Source of the DNA: Felis catus
Taxonomy: Eukaryota
NCBI RefSeq assembly: GCF_018350175.1
Contig: NC_058368.1
Coordinates: forward strand, 105,340,001 to 105,404,000
Direction: 5' to 3'
DNA length: 64,000 bases
Part shown: one piece after another, positions 50,554 to 63,084 of the stretch
Layout: each line of letters starts with the position of its first letter
Position numbering within the stretch: position 1 is the first letter of the stretch
Made by a program: the position numbers and the translations under genes
The notes under the pieces: model-generated
What the model was told of the DNA's origin: nothing
Database searches by the model: none
The model's input: only the letters and a program-made list of their open reading frames with translations

Positions 50554-50774
50554 TTTTTTCCGTTTTTTTTTTTTTTTATTATTATTTTTGGGACAGAGAG
50601 AGACAGAGCATGAACGGGGGAGGGGCAGAGAGAGAGGGAGACACAGAATCAGAAACAGGCTCCAGGCTCTGAGCCATCAGCCCAGAGCCCGACGCGGGGC
50701 TCGAACCCACGGACCGGGAGATCGTGACCTGGCTAAAGTCGGTCGCTTAACCGACTGTGCCACCCAGGCGCCCC
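50554..50774 (-). mobile_element. Young felid CanSINE
   Basis: CpG-rich near-consensus copy; TSD TCTCCCAACGTTTTT at 50539-50553 and 50777-50791. Confidence 0.97.
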
Positions 50775-53700
50775 GCTCTCCCAACGTTTTTAATAAATCA
50801 TCTTTTATTACGTGATAGACATTAGGATGTGATATTTCCTGCCCAATATGCAACTGCACTTGGACCATACAGATCGGCTACATAAAACAAATTCACTCAC
50901 ATAAAAATTGGACAGCAGAGTCTCAAATGCATATCTAATTCTATTTACATACCTAAGGTGATTTTTCCACTCTCCTTGGCTCATCTTTATTCTAGCACAA
51001 ATTCTAAGTTAGAGAAAAACTCACGTTTCCTAGGTCACTGTGGCCAGAAAAATAAATATGTTATTCAAACAATGACCACAAATATTATTTCCTGATTCTG
51101 CCCCAAGCAGCCTCAGTTCCTCCCAAGAAGTATGAAAATTCTCAAAAGCAGCTTTTTCTGGGTTGTGCAAACCACTCTTTGGGTGGACCCTGGCTGGCAC
51201 TCCTTTTCTCAACTAGATTTACTGTGGACATGAAAATCAGTGGCTGCAACCAATGCCATCTAAAGGCACAAGACCCCATGATGAGACTGCAGAGCCCTGA
51301 GCTACTTCTGGAAGCTGCTGGGCCCATTTCTGGCAAAGCTGCTGAAACTAAAGCATAGGAACCAGGGATGAGCCTGGGTGCTAGGGATTCCTTTGAGGGG
51401 GTAGCCACAATGTCACCCTTTTTCTCTAGTATCGGTTACCCTTTCTTTCTGTAAATGAAGTTTTGCTCAGGACACTTATTAACAGCATATTCCCTACCTC
51501 CTTTCTGCTGATTTTTCAGACTTGTTCACATGAGCCTGAATGGTGGGTGAACTTAGTTTAGGCTTAATCTAAGACCCGTGATTTAAAGGAATTTTAGGAA
51601 AACCAGTTTGGGGGCAGATACTGTATACTTCCAGAATCATCATTACTTGTCAAAGTCATCAGAAAGCCTGGAAAACCTCAACTGGCAAACCTACACAGAC
51701 TAAATACTGAATTCATTGACTACTTCTGCTTAAATTATTGACAAAAACCTGTTTACTGCCTTCAACATTTTCATTGTTGTCGTTAAGTTTTGAAGCAGAA
51801 CTAAAGGATTTTATCACCTTACTCAGTAGACTAATTTTTAGAAAGCCTTTGAAATACATGATAAGTTCAGCCCATTAAAAAGAGCAAAGCCTTTGTTTTA
51901 GAGGAAACGATTTTTTAGTTGATTTTTTTTTTTTTTTTTTTTTAGAAACAGTTAAGTTGGTGTTGTGTTTAGCCAGCATTTTAAAACAACAAAATATAGT
52001 TTCTTTTCTACGGTTCAGAGAATAAAAAAGTTTTTAAGTAAGCAGTTAAGAGTGGGAACTCAAGTGGAAAAAAAAAGACAGAAAGAGACTGGGAAGTCAA
52101 ATTACATTCACAGCTTTTGCTTTTACCCTGCTTCTTTACTTGTGTGTGTTGTTTATTTCCTTGTTAACCTTTTATAAGACAAATTTGTTTTTCCTCAAAG
52201 ATACATGCTGAATTAAATATACTTCAAGATAAGATAAATTCATTAAGATAATGAAAGTTTATGACCCAAAGCTATGAGAAAGAAAATTATGGGAGTAGGT
52301 AGATTCAAAAATCAAAGTGAACATGGAATTTCAGCTGGCCAAAAAACACAAACAAAAACACATAAAAACCAGAGATATATTTTAGCACTGTGTTAAGCAA
52401 CAAATGGAAAAATAGGACAACTTTGCATTTTGTTTTCCAGGAGTTCATAAAAGGACCGTTTGTAATTCGCGCGTTATATTCACCTCAAAGTTGGTGTTTT
52501 AAATTAGTCCTTATGGGCTTAGAGCATTTCCTGACTGGTGAACATATACATTCAGTTTAGATAATGAATTAGTAAATGTATCTTCAAGTGTCAGAAAGTA
52601 GAAATAATAAATCTTGGGGGAAAATGGGTTTAAAATTGTACAACATTCCTATCAATTATTTCAGGGTAGGGGAAGGGTAATTGTTTTCTTCTTTATACTT
52701 CATCATTCTATGATTTTCTATAAAAAACAGTTTTTACATTAGAGCAGAGTTTTTAAAAAACGGAGGAGAAGGAAAAGGAGGAGGAAAACACCGGCCCAAC
52801 CCCATTTGTACGTTGGTAGCTTTCCTTTGCTAGAACACTATTGTTTGGCAGAACACTGCAGTGACTAGTTAACTGGAGACTGGTTCACCTGAGCTCTACT
52901 TAATCGGGTGTCCATGCTGCATGCCCTATGGGAGGATATGGTATGGTATATACCTAGGAGCCGGCTAACCAAGCAGACTGTTCTCTCGTTTTTGTGTACT
53001 AACAAGTACCACAAGCAACAGGTGATTTAGTGTCCTTTTTACTTGAGAAAATGACAGTCACCTTTAGAATACAGCAAGCAAAGTGTCAGGCTTTACGCCT
53101 ATCTTTAAGGAGAGAAGGTCACAATGCCAAGATGGATCATGGTAACAGGAGAGCAATATTCAAAGGCAGGAAATACCTCCTCTGGAATTTTGGACTTTGT
53201 GGTAGGTTTTCCTGAGAACTGTGGGTTCAGAATACAGCCCCAGGGCTCACTACTCTTATTTTACTGTCTTCCCATAGATAGGGGGGAAAAAATGGAGCCA
53301 TTAAATGCCTATGCAAAGAAAAAAAAATCTGTATGTACAGGCATGTTCTATATAAACATAAATAGCAGGATATCAGACTAGAGGAGGTTTAAGATTATTT
53401 CAGTAGTATCCAGACATTAATGAAAGCCAATTTGCAATTAGGTGATTAACATAAGAGCCAGTGGTAACAAGCAATGTGTTCTTATTCCAAACATCTTTGC
53501 TACAAATTGCTGTTAAAAGCTTCTCCCTGCATTTTCTTTGTCTTTTGCCTGCATGGTGATGATATAAGGTAATTGCACAGTGACTGCAGAAGGCTGCATG
53601 TTATTTCATGCAAGCCATTTAATAACTATGTCAGGTAACCACACAGCAAACCCTTTTAATTACAAGATGTAACATTACCCAGCTTCAGGCTCTCTAGTTA

Positions 53701-55949
53701 ACCTTGAACTAGAGGTTCATTCTTCAAGTTTCCATTTGTCCCCAGCTGTGCTCCACTGAGCTTCCAAGGCTGCAAGGACTGGTGGCAGGCTCCTAGAGCT
53801 TGAGGCACATGGGGACACTCCCTCATCTGTCTGTGCTGGGTACCAAAGCTTTGGCTGCAAAGACTACTTGGATCCACCGTGTCCTAATTCTCAACACTTG
53901 AAAATTCTGCTACTCAAGGACTCTATGAAGAAAGCAAACTATAATTGTTGTTGATTGAACCCCCACTGAGAAATCAACTAAATAGAGCTTCCCTAACAGC
54001 TAACGTAAGCAGATACATGCACACATACATATATTCATGTTAAGTACTTTAGAGTTTGCAGTTACTCCCTCCTAGCCTTCTTTCTGATTTTTCCTCATTA
54101 GAGAACAGGGACTCATTTAGCTGCGTGTGGCCAAGAATAACGTATCTGCTGTATTTAGCTATGTGGCTAAGAATCATGTACCAGCTATGATCTGACTGGG
54201 GATCCTCTTTTTTTTTTTTTTTTTTCCATCATCTTGGTTACATGTCACCTGTTGATAGTCCTTGAGTTTTGTGCTGTTCCAGTTCCTTCATCATATGCAT
54301 CGGCGCTGTTTCCTTTCACAAGGGTGACGTGCTGCTTTGTACCGCGCCTTCAGCATCTTTGGTGGTAGCTCCTCAAAATTCAATTTTCAATACGCATAAT
54401 GAATTGTATTTATAGCTCTTGTTATTGCTCGTCCTGATTTGCTAAGGAGCGCATACTGAAACTGAGATACTCTCCCAGGCCCTGTATAAAATACTTGCTT
54501 CTGTGAATGACTGCCCTCAGGCACCCTGGCTTTTGACAGTGTGAGGATGACTGACTTTGGGACTGAAGTCTACCACGGGGGACAAAGTAGATCCTATTGT
54601 GCAGAAATGGAAAGCCCTCATTAAGGGCTTTCTTTAGCTACTGCTACCAGAGGCCTGTTGCTTAACTATTTCATGACCACATACATGTGGGTTGGCACTG
54701 TTAGGTGTTCAAGAAATCTCCACCTTTTTTTTTTCCCTTTCCACAGGGTTTAGGGGTGTGTATGGGCAGTGACAGAGTATTAAGTGGCAAGTTTTTGATC
54801 AACATTAGAAAATTTAAAATATTTCACATTGCAGAGAAATAAAATGTGATTTTCTTGACTCTAACAAGTCTCAATATTTCTTGTTTTCCTAAGGGCTAAT
54901 AGGAAACAATATCCTGCTTTAGAGTCCTGAGTTAAGGAGACAACCCACCAAACATGGCCTAATCCACCTCTCCCTCAGCATCAGATTTTTCCCACTGGGG
55001 CCCTCCTCCCAACTTCCTGTGTCATGTCAATCATCCCTGACCTGAACCTACAGACTCTTCCTTGACTTGTACTTGCAGGCCCACACACATTATCAGAGCA
55101 GCAAAATCCTGTATTTTTCAAACCATAGAGACAGCAAAGATATATTCCACTTTTTAAAGACCTAGTGTAAATGATGTATTTACCCATAAACCCAGAGATT
55201 TCTTTATTTTACATCTGCAAAGTAATGTACTATCTCAGAATTATTACAACATTCCACTGGCTTTTGACGGCATCAGAAGAACTCTCGAAACATGAATTGT
55301 AGATCAGACTTCAAGTTAAAATGTTCGTCACATGACTGACCTTGGATATGGGCACAATGACAAAAACCTCCAAGTGCAAGCAGTAAAATTTTATAGGTCT
55401 GCTCATTTGCTCAACTTTGGTGCTTCTTATCACAGCCAGGACAATAATATGACTCTGAGCCCTTGATGATTATCAACTGTCCGTTACAATCTGAATGTGT
55501 TATAATGGGAAAAATAATAAACTCAGATGGAACATTTTTTTTTTTTTTTTGGTTTAGTTAAATTCAATTTGCTTCATTACTCCTATCTTTGGAACCATGG
55601 AATCACAGCTGGTACAAAGATTGGGAATCACCAGTGGACCTACATGTCCTTCTCCTTAACACAAGTCCGACTGGTTTTCTTCCTCTCCTTTGACTCGGTT
55701 GATATCAAAGATTTCTAACCAGGCTGCCATCCTTTGGCCTCTCTTGGTCAAATACACTTCTACTCAATCGTGATCAAGTATTTTTAATACATCTCTACTG
55801 AACATCAAGTATAAAATTCCTTACCCTGGCATTTAAATCCTCTGAAATTTAACTGCAACCTACATACTAAGCTTTAACTCCCATTACTGCCTAACAAAAG
55901 GCTTGTGTGAGCGAAGGTGTACTGCTTCCTACTATTAATCTTAGCAGTT

Positions 55950-56070
55950 AGACAGCAACTCCTGACTTGTTGACTCCATGGGTTCAAATCTTGACTATGC
56001 TGTTTACTAGCTATGACATTAACCAAGTTTTTCAATCTCTCCGAACCGTATCTCCTCAGTGGCAAAACCT
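55950..56070 (+). mobile_element. MIR fragment
   Basis: gggttcaaatcttgactatgctgtttactagctatgacattaaccaag...ctcctcagtggcaaaa. Confidence 0.6.
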
Positions 56071-56201
56071 CAGGGTTTTCTTACCCAAAAAGGTAGCTAT
56101 CTTTATTATTATTTCAAGTGCCCTTCAGTTCTTGCTTCTCTAATTTGCTTATCTCTCTCTCTGGATTAAAAACTTCCCATTATTTTTCAAATTTTGTAGA
56201 G

Positions 56202-56597
56202 CAATGATAATTCAAACACTGTCACTGAAAAAGCAGTAGGAGACTCACCTGGGAACTTGTTGGAAATACAAGTTTTCAGGCTCCACCTAAGACCCTACCG
56301 AATGAAAACTGTTGAGTGTGGGAGGCACCTGGGTGGCTCAGTCAGTTAAGCATCTGACTTTGGCTCAGCTCATGATCTCACAGTTCAAGTTCCAGCCGCA
56401 GGGCTAACTCTGTGCTGACAGCTTGGAACCTGGAGCCTGCTTCGGATTCTCAGTTTCCCCCGTTCTCATTGTGTCTCTGTCTCTCTCTCAAAAATAAACA
56501 TTAAAAAAAAAAAAAAGTCAAGTGTGGTGCCTACCAATCTGTATTATAACACAACCTCCCAATACTCCTGATGCCCAGTAAACTTTGAGAAGCCAGA
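56202..56597 (+). mobile_element. MER5A hAT-Charlie element interrupted by a SINE
   Basis: tcacctgggaacttgttggaaatacaa...caatctgtattataaca...ctgatgc...tttgagaagcca. Confidence 0.75.
56322..56516 (+). mobile_element. CanSINE in MER5A
   Basis: Head, body and A tail; flanked by AGTGTGG on both sides. Confidence 0.93.
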
Positions 56598-57099
56598 TTT
56601 ATCTCAAATGCTACCACCCACGTTTGTCCTTATCCCTCCCAGGGACCTGACCTCTTCTGCCATCCACACCCTCAGAACACTTTGGACTCTCCCTTAGCAT
56701 TGACCCTCTTTGCGCTGTATTAACCAAACGTGTATTTCCCCTTATTTGTCCTCTTACCCTTGCCAAGTTGTGAACTTTTTAAAACAAGAAATTTTGCTCA
56801 CTAACCTTCAAATAGGAAGCAGGGCTTAACAAAGTATCTTTCAAATATGTGTTTGGCTGAATTGAATCACATTGTCGTAGTGCTCAATGGTATTAAAGAC
56901 TGAATCAACAACTAGATAGAAGGAAAACTTCTTTTTTTCCTATCTATTAGGAACTTTCCTGCTGGAAAATAGAGCAGCAACATGGATGAAATGACTCAAG
57001 TTCTTACTGGAAGCAGAGTTTCAAGATAGAGGAGTAAAAACTTTTTACCTTGTAATCACTTCCTCATCCTTGATTCTGTAGTTTGAAGGGTTTGTTACA

Positions 57100-57504
57100 C
57101 AGAGAACAGAACGGGAGCATGAGAGGGCCTGAGGGAGAAAAACAGAATCCTAGGCAGGCTCCCATGCTCAGCCCAGAGTCCAACAAGGGGCACGATCCCA
57201 CAACTCTCAGATCATGACCTGAGCTGCAATTAAGACTCAGACACTCAGGGGCGCCCGGGTGGTGCAGTCGGTTAAGCGTCCGACTTCACCCAGCTCACGA
57301 TCTCGCGGTCTGTGAGTTCGAGCCCCGCGTCAGGCTCTGGGCTGATGGCTCAGAGCCTGGAGCCTGTTTCCGATTCTGTGTCTCCCTCTCTCTCTGCCCC
57401 TCCCCCGTTCATGCTCTGTCTCTCTCTGTCCCAAAAATAAATAAACGTTGAAAAAAAAAAAAAAAGACTCAGACACTCGATCGATTGAGCCTCCCAGGCA
57501 CCCC
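57100..57504 (-). mobile_element. Older CanSINE split by a younger SINE
   Basis: gatcatgacctgagctgcaattaagactcagacactc | gatcgattgagcctcccaggcacccc rejoin into one SINE head. Confidence 0.9.
57248..57463 (+). mobile_element. Young felid CanSINE nested antisense in the older SINE
   Basis: 15-bp TSD AAGACTCAGACACTC at 57232-57246 and 57464-57478; pure A tail. Confidence 0.97.
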
Positions 57505-58207
57505 TGTGAGCCATTTTTTAAGCATAATTTTCTGTTTGTGTAATAATGAGTGGACAAATGTAATATTTAGGGTTGAGGCAAAATGAAAGTTCAAGGCACA
57601 TGTTGCTATGTAAGTGCTCTCTATTTTATCTGCCTGTAAAACGTTTATATAATATTTTGTTTCCCATTTTGCTTAAGTGACTTTGAATTTAGGAATGAAG
57701 CCAAGCTTGACCTACTGAAGCACAAATCCAGTTAAAAGAACCAGTCTCTATTATCTCCAAATGCATGGAATTTGTCTTATACAAAAAGAAACAATACGAT
57801 ATCTTAAAACATTTTTCACTAATTAGTACCAATAAGCAATTTTTTTAAAGAAATAAAAGCTAGTAGCTACCTAGACTTTTTCAAATTATGTGTGCCTAAT
57901 TGTATATGTATTAATGAGGTCATTATGAACAGAAACACTTTGTGACTGGCTACTAGATATCATTTTATAAGCAGTTAATAAGTTAGTATGACTTTCCAAG
58001 ATATAAAAGGAATCCACGGCTATCAGTGAAACTTGGTTTCTTTTGATCTAGTACTTTTAGGTGTACAATTTACTTTCCTGGAAGGCACACTTACTTTCTT
58101 TACAAGTGTAACAAGTTGATACACAGCCTGAGCTCATATGTAATCAAGAGCAGTGGTATCATCCAATTCTAACTGTAATTATCAGATTGTTGTTCCCCCT
58201 CCCTGCA

Positions 58208-58262
58208 TTTTTTAAGGTTTATTTTTGACAGAGAGAAGACAAAGTGTGAGCAGGTGAGGGGC

Positions 58263-58321
<59 letters not shown>

Positions 58322-58452
58322 GATACAGAACCTGAAGCAGGCTCTAGCCTCTGAGCTGTCAGCACAGAGCCTGACATGGGGCTCGAACTCATGTGAGATC
58401 ATGACATGAGCTGAAGTCGGACGCTTAACTGACTGAGCCACGTAGGCATCCC
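58208..58452 (-). mobile_element. CanSINE with expanded (GA)n at about 58263-58317
   Basis: SINE body and head with a GA microsatellite. Confidence 0.94.
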
Positions 58453-59109
58453 ACGATGTTTTTCCCCTTTGACAGATTCATACAGCTGCTACCGTGTTAG
58501 GTCGAAGACACCAACCTATGAGACAAAATGCCAGTCTCTATCATCTTTTAAATTTCTCCACAGCCTTAGTACTTAATTTTCTTGACTCATTACTTGGGGA
58601 AAAAAATAGCCATGTTGATAAAATACTCAAGAAATGGTTGTTCCAGATAAAGTCCAAGCAATACAACTTCTACCAGGTGCTTTTCTTTTCTTTTCACTTT
58701 CTTTTCTTTCCTCTATTTCTGAGGTCCTCAGGTTTAGAGATTATCCTAGAAGGGTCTAGGAGCACTCTTGAAAAAATTCTCATAGACACCTAAAATGCTC
58801 TGCAACAATTTTACGTGCTGTGGCAGGTGATACAACAAGATGAGAGCTAAGATTTCACTGATGCCCTGCTCCTGAGCCGCAGAACAAATAATCAGCACAC
58901 AAACCTCTATTCACCTGCTAGTAAAAGCCAAACAAAATCAATGATTCCAGAATCCTTACCTTCAGTATAGGAAGACTCAGTGTTTTCCAAAAAAGGGAGG
59001 GGAGGATGTCATGAAATAACAAGAGATTTCTTTTGAGAAACAACACTACAGAAAACACAAACTCTATTGGAAATATCTAGAAAGAAATACAGATTATAAA
59101 ATCAAGCAG

Positions 59110-59372
59110 AGATGAACCTTGAAAACCTTACAGTAAGTGAAATGAGCCAGACACAAAAGGGGAAATATCATACGGTTCCACTGAATATCTAGAGGTACCT
59201 AGACTTGGCCAATTCATAGAGACAGAAAGTAGAATAGAGGTTACCAGGGACTGGTGGGAGAGGAGAATGGGAAGCTAGCATTTAATAAGCACAGAATTTG
59301 TTTGGCATGATGAAGAAGTTCGGGAAATGGATATTGGGGACGGTGGCACAACACTTAATGTACTTAACACCA
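59110..59372 (+). mobile_element. LINE-1 3' UTR fragment (L1MB-like)
   Basis: gatgaaccttgaaaac...taagtgaaatgagccagacacaaaagg...attcatagagacagaaagtagaatagaggttaccaggg...aatgtacttaacaccac. Confidence 0.85.
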
Positions 59373-60138
59373 CGTCGGTTACAAGGGTAAGCTTTGCTGT
59401 GCCCACTTTACCACAGTAAATATGTATATAATGAAAGCAAACAAACAAATGCAAAAAGCAAGCTGGGGGACCCTGTGACACACAGGGACTGATGCTAACG
59501 TGTCATGAACCTGGAGAAAAGAAAAAAGAACTTTCAAAAGAAGAGGAATTAAACCAGAGTCTCCTCTGCAAGAATTATATCATGTTTTCCATTGAGGAAA
59601 AAACAACAGACAATCAAATCATAGAACAGAAAACCACCAAGTGCTTGAGTGGCGTGCTCTCTCTGAAATGCGGAGGATGGAAGTAGAAGAGACTGTAAGA
59701 ATATTTTGTCATTTACAATGATTTTGTTAAAGTTCATGTGTATTTCTCAGACTATCACCCCTATGTGTGAAGATGAAAAACAAGGAAAAAAGATTCTGTC
59801 ACTGATGAACAGCTAGCAGGAGAGGAAGACAGTCTTTACCACACGGAGCCCAGATATACTGGGTTGGAGCACAAATGGTGAAATGGTATTTAAAGCCCAA
59901 TAAAGAAAGGAAATAGAGGACAAAATGATCTAACCTGGCATTGATTAGACACCTGACATTTGTCATTTGATAATTCATTTGATAATCAGTCATTTGATGA
60001 TTCAGACATCTTTTGAGACATTTTAAATATTCAACATCTAGCAATAAAAAATGATTGGTAAGCATGCCCCGGGATCACAGAAAAGGATTCACTTTGTTAA
60101 TAAATAATTTCCCATAAAAATACCTGTATATATCAACA

Positions 60139-60322
60139 CAGCATTTCTCTGAGGGTGATCGCCAGACCAGCAGCAGAGGCATCTCCAGGGGACATGTTGG
60201 AGGGGCCAGTCCCAGAGCTCCACTCAGACTTACTAAGTCAGAAACTCTGGGAGGGGGGCTGGCCGTCTGTGCTTTAACAAACAGTACAGGTGATTCCAAT
60301 GCTACATTTAGCAAAACACAGC
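60139..60322 (+). mobile_element. MER5A hAT-Charlie element
   Basis: gaccagcagca...cagacttactaagtcagaaactctggg...tctgtgctttaacaa...caggtgattc. Confidence 0.75.
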
Positions 60323-60919
60323 TTCAGCAAAGAATTGGAGCCCAGGCAGTCAGCGCAGCCTGCAAGTAAGTAATTGCTTCACCAGACTGAACTCACCTGA
60401 GGGAGGACCCCAGGCAGGCCTCTTGCAAGGAGGCAGCCACTCAGAAAAGCAGGAAAAGCACTGCAGCGTGCAGGGGGGTATTTTCTTCTTTTTTTTCCCA
60501 TGAGGGGCTCTTATTTGACTCCGGGGAACTATGTGTCTGTTGCTACTGTTAGCAAAGCAAAGCTGTAGGAGTTCTAGACAGTGATTCTGCTAATGAGACA
60601 GCACCAAGACTCTCCCTGATTTCAGAATGTCTGCTCCTTCTTTTCCTCTGCTATTCCTCCTTATTGGAAATATATCTGCAGTTTATTATGTAGATCTCTT
60701 CAAATCTTTCTGAATGTATATTCATAGCTCAGGATTGTCCAGAAGACTTTTTTACGTTAGGCCCACCTGTTATGACTATCCAAGAATTTCTACAACACAA
60801 TGGCTCGTTTGGAGAGTTGAGGAGTCTCATTAGATAGGTAGAAATTGTTTTGTTTTGTTTGTTTTTGTGTCTTTGCTCTTTTGTGTGTCACGTAATATCT
60901 GGAAGCAAAGACCGTGTAT

Positions 60920-61177
60920 AATGGAAGATGAGGTTATTTGAGTAGGTTTATTCGTACAGCTCCATTTCAGCATCACTTCTCTGTCTCTGGCCATAAGAAG
61001 TTATTTTCTTTCTGGGAGGGCATCTTTTTCATGGGGAATTTTATGGCCTGTTTTTAGGTAGAAAAGGCTAAGGCACAGAGCTCTTCCTGCATCTGCTGTT
61101 TTCAAGTGTCCTCAAGCTCAAAATAATCAAGATTCCAAAATGGCATATTTGGGGATAGCATGTCCTGAACTTCTTCA
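60920..61177 (-). mobile_element. MER34-like ERV1 LTR fragment
   Basis: cttcctgcatctgctgtttt...gctcaaaataatcaa...tggcatatttggggatagcatgtcctgaacttcttca (reverse complement of a TGAAG-starting LTR). Confidence 0.7.
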
Positions 61178-61373
61178 GGTACTAACCTCTTGCCATAATT
61201 TTCACTGGTCCCTTGCATTATATCTACTTCTGGAAGCTCTTGGAACAACTGCAAAGGAGCCTAAGAAACAGCCCATTGAGCTAGCATTTCTACCAGCCTT
61301 CCCAAAGAGAGCTGGAGAGAGCTGGGCGTCTGGAATCATTTTTAGAGGCACACCATTAAAAAAAAAAGTGGTT

Positions 61374-61589
61374 GGGGCGCCTGGGTGGCGCAGTCGGTTA
61401 AGCGTCCGACTTCAGCCAGGTCACGATCTCGCGGTCTGTGAGTTTGAGCCCCGCGTCGGGCTCTGGGCTGATGGCTCAGAGCCTGGAGCCTGCTTCGGAT
61501 TCTGTGTCTCCCTCTCTCTCTGCCCCTCCCCCGTTCATGCTCGCTCTCTCTCTGTCCCAAAAATAAATAAAAGTTGAAAAAAAAAATTT
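61374..61589 (+). mobile_element. Young felid CanSINE
   Basis: Near-consensus; TSD AAAAAAAAAGTGGT at 61359-61372 and 61590-61603. Confidence 0.97.
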
Positions 61590-62199
61590 AAAAAAAAAGT
61601 GGTCAAATGGACATTTTCAATGTTGTTTAAGTGATGGTTCCTCCAAGAGTAAGAACAGATATTCACTCCATGCTGGTGACTGCTGCTGGCTAAACTCTGA
61701 ATGCCCAGCTGCCCATCTTGATTACAGAATTTATCCTTAATGGCAAGGTAGTGCACAACACTCAAATTAGACCTTTTATTAATGGGTGGAGCATTGCTAA
61801 GTCGATGAAATTTAGAAGGGAGGAAACATAATTTATAAAACTTTGGTAGAAAAGGACATCATTTTTTAATAAGTCATGAAAATATGCATTGACTCGTGGA
61901 GTCAAGGTTTCAAGAAAATAAGGTAGCCTGAATTAAGAGGATTAGCTGGTGAGCCAAATGGAAAATTTAATGCACTTTTTTCTCCTTCCTATTTTATTTT
62001 ATTTGGCCTCCTTGGAATCTATGTTTCTGGAAAACCATGCATTTTATGTGCAACACCAACATTTTTATGTCCCCAGTACTGAGTACAGGAGCCAATACTC
62101 TGGCTCCATGAACCACTAAAAGTTCCAATGTTTGTGAGTAGTTCTATTCAATTCAAAAGTAATAATAATAAAAACAAGAACAACGGTAATAATGACATA

Positions 62200-62562
62200 T
62201 AATACTAGGCTAAGCTACAGTAATAATAAAAAAAAACAAATCAAATTGCATTATGCAATCAAGTTTTATTTCACGTTCATGCAAAGTCCAATATGGTCCA
62301 GAAGCCCTCCTGTGAAGTTCCTCTTTGATAGTGACTCAGGGATCCAAGCTGCTTGCATATTATAACTACACCATAACTGAGATTGCTGCTATGCAGATAG
62401 AAGGAGTTGCAGAAAATATACTGGCTTTTAACTGTCTTGGCCCATAAATGCCACTCTCCTCACATTTCATTGGTCAGACTTAGTCACATGACTCCAACCC
62501 TCCTGCAAGGTAGGCTGGGAGGCACAGAAGAGCTTAAGAATATTTGCCGAGCCTTTCCCACA
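62200..62562 (-). mobile_element. Old MLT1 (J/K/L-like) MaLR LTR
   Basis: gtgactcagggatccaagctgctt; ctcacatttcattggtcagacttagtcacatgactccaacc...tgcaaggtaggctggga. Confidence 0.7.
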
Positions 62563-62569
62563 AGTGGTG

Positions 62570-62880
62570 ATGATTTACTGACCAATGCAATCTATATTCC
62601 AAACACTATGCAAGTTAATTTATATGTATTATGCCAGATCCTCAAAACAACCTTTCAAGATATGTGTTATTAATTTCATTTTATAAATGAATAAACCAAG
62701 ATTCACAAAAATTTGCTACTTATATTATGTCACATTCTCCCAGAAACCTTTAGAGGTGTGGATTATTAATTCTAATTTATAACGGAGACTCATAAACATA
62801 AATGAATTTTCCAAAAGCCAAACGGTAAAAGTAGATTTGAACCCTGAACACGGGCCCATCTCCTTGCTTCTGCACATGAT
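62570..62880 (-). mobile_element. MIR fragments
   Basis: atcctcaaaacaacc...cattttataaatgaataaaccaagattcaca; gatttgaaccc. Confidence 0.55.
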
Positions 62881-63084
62881 GTATACAACATATAACACTA
62901 GGCTCTGGAATACCAGAAACAACAGGAAATACAGGAAAGAGGGGAAAGAGAGAGGTCCACTACTATTCCCATAACAGCCACAGCCACATCCACACTATGC
63001 TCTGATGCCACCAGGAGGTACTTAAACCTGGACCAGAGATGTAAGGACCAGTATTTCTGAAAGAAAACACCCCAGGCACTTGGC

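Noticed and set aside
54115..54188. Degenerate 38-bp tandem duplication (atttagct...gtggc.aagaat)
   Set aside because: Only two diverged copies, possibly part of an old LTR33-like remnant; no array or spacer structure.
59962..60003. Three copies of TCATTTGAT(a/g)AT
   Set aside because: A short local slippage repeat with no further structure.
762..61765. Recurring ORFs such as ETEHERGRGRERGRHRI... and SLEPASDSVSPSLSAPP...
   Set aside because: Translations of CanSINE bodies; the recurrence reflects the repeat, not a protein family.
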